DNA of 64,000 nucleotides from a virus (Duplodnaviria; Heunggongvirae; Uroviricota; Caudoviricetes): IMG/VR virus record IMGVR_UViG_2939142107_000001, positions 26,843 to 90,842 of that record; one strand, 5' to 3'. Shown piece by piece: positions 57,190 to 64,000 of this stretch (position 1 is its first letter; each line of letters starts with the position of its first letter). The notes under the pieces were generated by a model. It saw only the letters and a program-made list of their open reading frames with translations, ran no database searches and was not told where the DNA came from. The position numbers and the translations under genes were made by a program.

Positions 57190-60100
57190 ATAGCTATAAC
57201 GTCATGAGCAACACCACGAGTGTCCCCCTTACAAGACACAGAACGTCTGGCAAAAAGAGGTTCCACTCTGAAGCCACTGTCCTGATAAAGCTCTCTGATG
57301 TTTGGCGCGCCACTGTTAGTAATGAGAACCTTTGCACCTCGGCGATGGGCATCCGTCAACAGAGACACCAGGCGTTTTTGCTCTTCAAACTTAAAGTCAT
57401 GACCGGAATAGTTCGTGAACCCCTCTGTATTGGGGAGCGGTTCATACGGCGGATCGCAAAAGATGACATCTCCTTCTCCGGCACCTTCAATCACCGCTGC
57501 AAAATCACCGCATACAAACTCAGACCGCCCTTCCGCACCGAGGAAGGCTTCCATTTCCTGTAATGGGAAATACGGAGTTTTATACTTCCCATAACCGACA
57601 TTGAACTCACCGGCCTGGTTGTAGCGCGTCAATCCATTAAAACAATGTCGGTTCAGGAACAAAAACGCCGCTGCGCGATGTAAATCATCATAGACTTGTT
57701 TGTTAAACGCATTCCGTACTGCCAGGAATCCCTCCTGGGTGTTGTAGTCCAAGAAGAAACGATGTGCCAGAGTGATAAGTGAATGCGCCTCGCGTTGCAG
57801 AGTCTTGTAAAAGTTAATCAGGTCAGCATTCACATCATTTAGCAGATTTTCCTGGTATCCGGCATTCATGAAGACAGCTCCACCACCGACGAAAGGTTCA
57901 ATCAGGCGCTTCCCTTCTGGCAAATAGCGAAAGATTTGTTCCAGAACACCAAATTTTCCACCAGCCCATTTGAATATGGACCGTTCGAATTCTGCCGCTG
58001 GTTTAACTTTTCGCTCTTTTGTTTCACGCCCTTCATTCTGCCGACATGCAGCCTTGGTTATCCGCTCGCCAATCCAGCGCATTACTGGTATCGCCATACT
58101 ATTGCCGATCGCTTTGTAACGCGGTCCGTCAGCTGCAAGCATTGCGGCCTCTTCTTCGCTTAAATCTGGATAGTGATTGTGCAGATATGCCAGTTCATCT
58201 GAATTAACTTTTTTACGCTTTTCCGTAGGGATCAACGTATGCCCATCAGGAAAACCTTGAAGTCTCTCACATTCGACAGGGGTAAGACGGCGTATTCTAC
58301 CGTCGCCGAGCAATACAATTGGTGCTTCATGGTTACATGTTAAAGTTGGTGCCGAATTATCGGTTTTTATCTCAGCCCCTCCTTGCCCATGTGCCATGGC
58401 AACTATGTTTGTATCATCGCAAGATCTGATAGCGATGTTTGAAGTATATCTGGTAGTTTCCTTCCCCTCGCCTCTGCTCGGCGCAATATTCCGGCGCACG
58501 CCTTCGAACTCAAAAAGTACCGTTGCGGGATCGAGGTCTGTTCGAGCACTTGCGACAACAAACACGCGTCGGCGTCGTTGTGCCACTCCGAAGTATTGGG
58601 CATCAAGGATTCTCCAGGCCACCTTTCGCTGCGGTCCATAAATACAACCACACTGTGGCCACTTTGGAGCATGGCAACCGGTTTTGCCATCCCACCGCCA
58701 GAACGCGTTACTTTTTCCTGATTCAGGTCGATCACCTGGTTCAAATGGCGCATCTTCTCCAGCCAATCCGGCAAGGAAACATCCGAAGGCGTTATCTGCC
58801 GATGACAAGACTCCTGGGACATTTTCCCAGACGATAACGGCTGGTTTGAGAAATGACTCAGCCCGTTTGTCGTCAATTGCATTTGCAAGCTCCACATACT
58901 TTAAAGTTAGCGCGCCACGCTCATCATCAAGCCCACCACGTAATCCCGCGATACTGAATGCCTGACAGTTATGGACCACCGCACCATTGAGGATATAGGA
59001 ATGATCACCTTCGACTTCTATGTTGTATACAGTATCTAGGCCTACCGATTTAAACTCTTTGACTGTTCGTAAAAGCATTCCATGAGCCAATCTTGATTTA
59101 CGTGACAATTTCTGCGGGCAGATTGTTACCTGATAATAATTCCGTTGATTTACCACGCGATCCTCGATCACTTTTTTGGGCTCAACTTCAATAAAGCTGA
59201 CCGAAGAAACATAACCACAAGTCTGTGACAACCCCGCAACGCCCCAAGCAAGCGCAGGACTAACACTATTAATTCTAAATCCCGCTTTACCACTTGGTGT
59301 CCCATCAGTATCAAGATAGCCTTGTAAAAACACATGACGCAATGGATGCGACATCACCCATGCAGGGATACGCTTAGCATGGCTTAACTCGCCAAAATGT
59401 TCATTAAGCCAATTGGCATAACACGTATCATTCAAGGTTACTTTGATGCTCCCTCGGATTTCGCTTGCCACGGAAAATATGTTTTCTGGTATGCGGCAAT
59501 GAAACTTTCTCAATTTCTGGCAATTTATGCCAAAAACAACCGCCTTCTTAGATTTACCTCTCCATCTCCTAATATATCCATCGCCAACATAAGCGCCCGC
59601 AAGATACATAGCCTGTTCTTCAGACAAGAACCGAGAACAAATATCTGGAGATGCAATATTGAAATTAGTTAGAGCGCACCATTGATACCCCGGCATATCA
59701 CATGCTGCTCGCCATTCCGGTTCAGACAACAACTCTCTCTTAAAATATGTGCCATTTTTCCGGGTGTTTTGGGCTTTCCACCGAACAGCCAGGAAGGGAT
59801 GGTCATTGGTTGTTCTTATATCTAAAGGCTGCCCAACGGCATTAAGTAACCCCGTATTAGCTATTTTTGAACCAACTCTTTTTACTTGTTGTAACCGCCC
59901 GAGATGACTGACTACGTAATCGCCAGGGCAAACATCTTCTATTGGTTTATAGCCATTTTTACAAAGAACCATATGCCCCGCGGTAAAACATGGTGTTCCC
60001 CCGACGAGCACGTCAGGGGATTCGATTTCCCCAGCCAAGACTTTTTTGGCAAGTTTTGTCATGTCGCCAAGGTTGGCGACATGGGGCCAGCGGAGCGCAA

Positions 60101-60221
60101 GAACGGCCGATGGAAAAGACTCGATTTCAGCAAACCACACCGGACGCATACCCAACGGTTCCCAGGCAATACTCGCGGCTTCAATTCCACTGCAAACAGA
60201 TCCATAGCACAGCTCTTTCAC
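57180..60221 (-). CDS. dmt: DNA methyltransferase Dmt: N-terminal C5-cytosine MTase domain interrupted by an intein, C-terminal Dam-like N6-adenine MTase domain
   Basis: C5-MTase motifs SVCSGIE, GGTP...[25 protein letters not shown]; Dam motifs FVGGGAVF and DPPYEP; 1013 aa. Confidence 0.85.
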   Translation of the reverse strand: MKELCYGSVCSGIEAASIAWEPLGMRPVWFAEIESFPSAVLALRWPHVANLGDMTKLAKKVLAGEIESPDVLVGGTPCFTAGHMVLCKNGYKPIEDVCPGDYVVSHLGRLQQVKRVGSKIANTGLLNAVGQPLDIRTTNDHPFLAVRWKAQNTRKNGTYFKRELLSEPEWRAACDMPGYQWCALTNFNIASPDICSRFLSEEQAMYLAGAYVGDGYIRRWRGKSKKAVVFGINCQKLRKFHCRIPENIFSVASEIRGSIKVTLNDTCYANWLNEHFGELSHAKRIPAWVMSHPLRHVFLQGYLDTDGTPSGKAGFRINSVSPALAWGVAGLSQTCGYVSSVSFIEVEPKKVIEDRVVNQRNYYQVTICPQKLSRKSRLAHGMLLRTVKEFKSVGLDTVYNIEVEGDHSYILNGAVVHNCQAFSIAGLRGGLDDERGALTLKYVELANAIDDKRAESFLKPAVIVWENVPGVLSSADNAFGCFLAGLAGEDAPFEPGDRPESGKSNAFWRWDGKTGCHAPKWPQCGCIYGPQRKVAWRILDAQYFGVAQRRRRVFVVASARTDLDPATVLFEFEGVRRNIAPSRGEGKETTRYTSNIAIRSCDDTNIVAMAHGQGGAEIKTDNSAPTLTCNHEAPIVLLGDGRIRRLTPVECERLQGFPDGHTLIPTEKRKKVNSDELAYLHNHYPDLSEEEAAMLAADGPRYKAIGNSMAIPVMRWIGERITKAACRQNEGRETKERKVKPAAEFERSIFKWAGGKFGVLEQIFRYLPEGKRLIEPFVGGGAVFMNAGYQENLLNDVNADLINFYKTLQREAHSLITLAHRFFLDYNTQEGFLAVRNAFNKQVYDDLHRAAAFLFLNRHCFNGLTRYNQAGEFNVGYGKYKTPYFPLQEMEAFLGAEGRSEFVCGDFAAVIEGAGEGDVIFCDPPYEPLPNTEGFTNYSGHDFKFEEQKRLVSLLTDAHRRGAKVLITNSGAPNIRELYQDSGFRVEPLFARRSVSCKGDTRGVAHDVIAILL
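58968..59990 (-). other. Intein (341 aa, with LAGLIDADG-type homing endonuclease motifs) inside dmt
   Basis: starts CFTAGHMVL...GDYVV (block A), TTNDHPF (block B), [11 protein letters not shown] and LQGYLDTDG, ends [21 protein letters not shown] followed by Cys; exteins join to [12 protein letters not shown]. Confidence 0.8.
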
Positions 60222-61123
60222 TGCTTAGCCTCTCCACCAAGGGCATTTACCAGAGCATCAACCAGGCACGAAATTTCACTGGTCAACAGGAAGAAATCTG
60301 CGTCCAGTCGCTGCGCAACATCTTCACTATCAATATCAGAGTTCTGCTCAAGCAATTCATCCGCAAATTTGACGCTGGTAAGGCTGAAGTTATGGTCCAG
60401 TGTAAATTTAATGCGGTTCTGCCAGTCGAGTGCCAACTTAGTGACGAGCTTGCCAGCTTCCAGGTGTGTGGATATTTCATCACTTCCCAAGTCCTGCTTT
60501 TTCACTCGGGCAATACCGCCATCCTCAAGCACTGCCTTAAGTTCTGCCGCATCCCCCATTTGAAATCCCTGTGGAGCACTACCATCACGTACCCAGTCGG
60601 TCAGCGTTAATTCAATGGGATTTTCAACACTTAGGGGAACAACAGGAAGAGAACCCAGAGATTTACGCATAAGCGCGAGCATATCCTCTGCCTGCCGCGC
60701 GCTGGCATTGATATAGATACGTTTAGTTGAACCGTCGTAGATCGCCTGGATAACAGAAAACTTTGAAAAAGCCCGTGGCAGAAGAGAATGCAGAACTTCG
60801 TCTTTCAGGGAGTCCTTCTCTGTTTTCTTCAGTTTACGCGCTTGTTCTTGCTCGAGTTTTTCAATTTTTTCTTGAATAGCTCGCTGGATAACCGGCGGGG
60901 GAAGAATTTTTGTTTCGCGCTTTGCTTCAACAAGGATAAAACCATTTCCATGCATAGCGATAACTTCGGAATTATCACCAAATGGAGATACAAAACCGAA
61001 CTTGGCCATATCCTGACTACCGCATGGCGTGAAAAGGATCATTTTCTTTTTATCTTCTAAGTCGGTCAGATCCGCCTCACGAGAAAGTTTATAAATAGTA
61101 ATGTTTTTCCAGTGCTTAAACAT
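60218..61123 (-). CDS. hrdC: RdgC-like recombination-associated protein
   Basis: [15 protein letters not shown]..., [41 protein letters not shown]: close match to E. coli RdgC as recalled. Confidence 0.9.
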   Translation of the reverse strand: MFKHWKNITIYKLSREADLTDLEDKKKMILFTPCGSQDMAKFGFVSPFGDNSEVIAMHGNGFILVEAKRETKILPPPVIQRAIQEKIEKLEQEQARKLKKTEKDSLKDEVLHSLLPRAFSKFSVIQAIYDGSTKRIYINASARQAEDMLALMRKSLGSLPVVPLSVENPIELTLTDWVRDGSAPQGFQMGDAAELKAVLEDGGIARVKKQDLGSDEISTHLEAGKLVTKLALDWQNRIKFTLDHNFSLTSVKFADELLEQNSDIDSEDVAQRLDADFFLLTSEISCLVDALVNALGGEAKQ

Positions 61124-61400
61124 GTTGTAACCCTTGAATATCAACCACAGAAAGCTCGTTTTTGTAGAAAAAGGCCAGGTTGAGGCACCCCCTAGTTTGA
61201 GCGTATGAGCTGGGACCAATTTCGTTCTTCCAGACAAATGGCTTCAAATCCGTACGGCGAAGCATAAAAACGCGATTTGTTCCGCTCTGATTCCCAATGA
61301 GGCAAAAGCCTTCTTTCACCTTGATAGCCTGCAAGTTGTCGAGTTCACCGCTGGTTACACGGCTATCGAACTCTTTGCGGCTTATTAGCTCCATCTGCAT
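61116..61400 (-). CDS. Small protein upstream of hrdC (Uhr position)
   Basis: ATG at 61400 preceded by GGAG; synteny. Confidence 0.4.
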   Translation of the reverse strand: MQMELISRKEFDSRVTSGELDNLQAIKVKEGFCLIGNQSGTNRVFMLRRTDLKPFVWKNEIGPSSYAQTRGCLNLAFFYKNELSVVDIQGLQHV

Positions 61401-61471
61401 CTGACGACTCCAAACAAATACCCATTGAAGGGCGATGGCTGAATGGTACCGAAAACACGACATAAAAAACA

Positions 61472-61488
61472 ATATTTATTAGAGCAAT
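61472..61488. promoter_or_regulatory. C1 operator upstream of uhr-hrdC-dmt operon
   Basis: ATATTTATTAGAGCAAT (16/17 reverse match). Confidence 0.6.
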
Positions 61489-61568
61489 AATGCAATGGTT
61501 AACACCATGTAGACCACAAGTAACCTAAGTTAAAATAACGAAAACCAGAGCAAATAATTGGTAATGAC

Positions 61569-61853
61569 GTGGCAAGTATTGCAACAAAAGACAGCATTTG
61601 TTCGGGGCACGGAGGATTCCCATCCAGGCCTCCTGTAGAGAGTGAACCACTACTTAAAGTCAACGGAGTCGAAGTGTTAGTTGATGGTAAGCAATATGCA
61701 CAGCATACCGATGGAAACAGTACGCACGGTGGGCAAGCTATATCAACCAGGGCATGGTTTACCGTCAATGGTAAAGGGATCGTATGCGTTGGTGACCCTG
61801 TTTCATGCGGATCTACCGTAGCGTCCGGAGACGGCTTGGTTCAGGTAAGTTAG
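61569..61853 (+). CDS. Hypothetical small protein (Gly/Cys/His-containing)
   Basis: 94-aa ORF. Confidence 0.4.
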   Translation: MASIATKDSICSGHGGFPSRPPVESEPLLKVNGVEVLVDGKQYAQHTDGNSTHGGQAISTRAWFTVNGKGIVCVGDPVSCGSTVASGDGLVQVS

Positions 61854-61861
61854 GAGATATC

Positions 61862-62650
61862 ATGCTGGAAAAAGACTACCAGTTATCCGCATATAAAAAA
61901 TTGGCCGCCGCCGGTGGGATGAAAACACCTGGTGCCATAACATCGGCACGAAACAGTGCTAACACAGCAAAACTGCTTGCAGAAGAATTGACCGGATTAA
62001 TTCTGGATACAATTGTCTATCCCGACACTATTACCAGCTATGTTTCAACGATCAGAACAACCACAACCGGCTTAACGAACATTGGAGAACTGACAACTAA
62101 GCACGCGGACCTGTTGGCTGGTTATGCAGATCTGTCAATGCTGCTTCAACTCGATATTGGTTGGGATGTTTACTGCCGTGCTAATGAGCGAGAAGTTTCA
62201 GAACTGCCGATCTCTATTGCCATTGGTGATGTGAATATTACTAAATCGCTTGAGGACGCTGTTAACGCGCTTAATACATCAAGTTTAGTCGCTGCTATGG
62301 GGGAGATTAACCAGACCCTTAACACTGGCTCAGGAAGCTCGTCAGGCTCTGGTTCAGGCGGCGGCACTGCCACTCCCCCACCAGCACTAACAGAAGAGCA
62401 AATTGAATCTCTGAAAGTAGCAACTGAACAGTTTGGGGTTGTTTTCAACCAGACAACAGCGCCCACAACTGCGTTACTACAGCAGTATGAACGAGCGAAT
62501 GAAAGCGCCAACGTAGCCATAACTGCTTATAACCATGCTATCGGTACCGCGCTTGCGGAAGCATCAGCAAATAAGGTCAGCACAGCCAGCGCAGTTGCTG
62601 CTTTGGTTCCTGATTCTGTTCTTGATGAATTAAACAAAGCGGCACAGTAA
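61862..62650 (+). CDS. Hypothetical Ser/Thr-rich protein
   Basis: ATG at 61862 after AGGAG; SGSSSGSGSGGG linker. Confidence 0.5.
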   Translation: MLEKDYQLSAYKKLAAAGGMKTPGAITSARNSANTAKLLAEELTGLILDTIVYPDTITSYVSTIRTTTTGLTNIGELTTKHADLLAGYADLSMLLQLDIGWDVYCRANEREVSELPISIAIGDVNITKSLEDAVNALNTSSLVAAMGEINQTLNTGSGSSSGSGSGGGTATPPPALTEEQIESLKVATEQFGVVFNQTTAPTTALLQQYERANESANVAITAYNHAIGTALAEASANKVSTASAVAALVPDSVLDELNKAAQ

Positions 62651-62689
62651 CAAAGGACTTCATTGATAATTTTTCTTCAGGAGGAAGAC

Positions 62690-63112
62690 ATGTCATTCTT
62701 TTCTACGTTAAAAACAGCTTTGTCTTTGAAGGAGAAACTTGCTGCTACTGGTGTTCTTGTTCTGATTTGCGCACTTGTTGGTGCTGGGTTTGCATGGGAA
62801 CGTCATCAGCTAAAGCAAGCCATGGAGAAAATTGGCAGTCTTGATCAGGCTATTAAGGAACGTGATAAGTCAATAATGGATCTTAACCAGACCATTGAGA
62901 CGATGAACAAAGCAGAGCAACATTTTCACAGCCAGGAAGTGAAAAATGAATCAGAACAAGCCAAATATGCTGACAGGCAAATGGAACGAAAAGCTGAAGT
63001 TCAGAAACAACTGGTTGCGGCGGGTAATGTTCGCCAGCGCATTCCTGCTGATACTCAGCGGTTGCTCCGGGAGTCGATCAGCGAATTTAACGCCGACGCC
63101 GACAAAGGTTAA
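62690..63112 (+). CDS. Membrane-anchored coiled-coil protein (i-spanin-like architecture)
   Basis: ATG at 62690 after GGAGGAAGAC; N-terminal TM (GVLVLICALVGAGFAW) then charged coiled-coil. Confidence 0.4.
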   Translation: MSFFSTLKTALSLKEKLAATGVLVLICALVGAGFAWERHQLKQAMEKIGSLDQAIKERDKSIMDLNQTIETMNKAEQHFHSQEVKNESEQAKYADRQMERKAEVQKQLVAAGNVRQRIPADTQRLLRESISEFNADADKG

Positions 63113-63278
63113 CCACCCTGCCCCCAAAAGTGCATTTATGTGCAGGATGCCAGAGTTTAGCAGTGAATATTTTGATGATCTGCCAGCGTATATCCTCGAT
63201 ACAGAAACGATGCTGATGGGGATTAACAGGAAGAATCGCAACGTTAATGATTACAACCGCGCTATCAGAGGTAACTAA
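62967..63278 (+). CDS. Lipoprotein precursor overlapping 3' end of previous gene in another frame (Mlp / o-spanin-like)
   Basis: signal peptide with lipobox LILSGC; start choice (62946, 62967 or 63027) uncertain. Confidence 0.5.
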   Translation: MLTGKWNEKLKFRNNWLRRVMFASAFLLILSGCSGSRSANLTPTPTKVNHPAPKSAFMCRMPEFSSEYFDDLPAYILDTETMLMGINRKNRNVNDYNRAIRGN

Positions 63279-63289
63279 AAGGGATTTTT

Positions 63290-63682
63290 ATGTCTGATAA
63301 AGTAACAGTAAAGCAAACTATCAACAAAGCGACTTCAATCTACAAAATTGAGCACATCACTGTTGGCAAGCCAGGCTCTGAACAATACCGTCATGCTTTC
63401 GAGCTTGCCGATCAGCTTGGTTTAAAACACCCGGATTGCATCGAGCATGTATTTCCGACCTATGCTGATGAGCAATGTACTCATGTCCTTACCGAAGAGG
63501 ATTTTTTCAGCACTGAAGAACGAGAAGGCGTTGATCGCTGTATTGGTGTGATTTGCTCTTCAGTGAGTTATGAGTTATTCCCTAATGTCCATGAAGATGG
63601 TGGTATTGGATACCAATTCCTGTACGAAGGCGATGAGCTTAAATGTTATGAACATGGTCTTCTCATCGAAAGCATAGAATAA
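63290..63682 (+). CDS. Hypothetical protein next to oriR
   Basis: 130-aa ORF followed by terminator. Confidence 0.5.
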   Translation: MSDKVTVKQTINKATSIYKIEHITVGKPGSEQYRHAFELADQLGLKHPDCIEHVFPTYADEQCTHVLTEEDFFSTEEREGVDRCIGVICSSVSYELFPNVHEDGGIGYQFLYEGDELKCYEHGLLIESIE

Positions 63683-63696
63683 TACAGCTTCCTTCC

Positions 63697-63720
63697 AACC
63701 GGCTTTGTTGGCCGGTTTTT
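63697..63720 (+). terminator. Rho-independent terminator
   Basis: aaccggc-tttgtt-ggccgg hairpin then ttttt. Confidence 0.6.
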
Positions 63721-63723
63721 CAC

Positions 63724-63985
63724 TTATCCACATTATCCACTGGATAGATCCAATAATTAGGTCCATACAGATCCCTATTAGATCCATATAGATCCCTGAT
63801 CGTTGCAGGCCGCGCCACGTCTGGCTTAGAAGTGTATCGCGATGTGTGCTGGAGGGAAAACGATGTGTGCTGGAGGGATAAAAATGTGTGCTGACGGGTT
63901 GCTAATGTGTGCTGGCGGGATATAGGATGTGTGCTGACGGGAAAGCCTGGGTAGTTATCACCACTTATAAAAACTATCCACATAA
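63724..63985. other. Plasmid replication origin oriR: tandem DnaA boxes, five GATC sites, five 19-bp iterons, distal DnaA box
   Basis: TTATCCACA/TTATCCACT at 63724..63741; GATC at 63747, 63770, 63781, 63791, 63798; iterons from 63841; tatccacat near 63975. Confidence 0.85.
63841..63945. repeat. incC iterons: five direct 19-bp repeats (RATGTGTGCTGNNGGG...)
   Basis: GATGTGTGCTGGAGGGAAA, GATGTGTGCTGGAGGGATA, AATGTGTGCTGACGGGTTG, AATGTGTGCTGGCGGGATA, GATGTGTGCTGACGGGAAA at about 21-23 bp spacing. Confidence 0.85.
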
Positions 63986-64000
63986 TTCGGAAAAAGTAAT

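Noticed and set aside
63841-63945. Short array of five direct repeats that superficially resembles a CRISPR array
   Set aside because: Repeats are 19 bp with only 2-4 bp between them, flanked by DnaA boxes and GATC sites; these are plasmid oriR iterons.

Overview
This window is about 64 kb of a bacteriophage P1-like phage-plasmid, read in the reverse of the usual P1 map direction. All calls rest on reading the translated ORFs and DNA motifs by eye and on recall of P1 biology; no database search was run. Directly recognised: Cre with a perfect 34-bp loxP, C1 repressor and Coi, PacA/PacB with the GATC-rich pac site, Phd/Doc, the 2255-aa DarB, a darA-type operon, SSB, the SAR endolysin Lyz, Ban (DnaB), the RdgC homolog HrdC, a Dcm+Dam fusion methyltransferase, three tRNAs, and oriR (DnaA boxes, 5 GATC, five 19-bp iterons) at the right edge. 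Many other genes are named by size and synteny only and carry lower confidence. Main departures from canonical P1, in order of interest: (1) an AT-rich two-gene module (23822..25371, a 346-aa unknown protein translationally coupled to a nucleoside-2-deoxyribosyltransferase-like protein) sits where P1 carries the EcoP1I res-mod genes, next to darB; this is the best candidate for an undescribed defence or toxin-antitoxin system. (2) The dmt gene carries a 341-aa intein with LAGLIDADG motifs, inserted exactly at the catalytic PCQ motif of its C5-methyltransferase domain. (3) An intact IS5 with TTAG target duplications lies between the loxP-proximal C1 operators and coi-c1. (4) An AT-rich O-acetyltransferase cargo gene is flanked by IS3- and IS1-family remnants. 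(5) There is no cin recombinase or invertible C-segment after the tail-fibre genes. At least twelve C1-operator-like sites, a LexA box and several terminators are also mapped.
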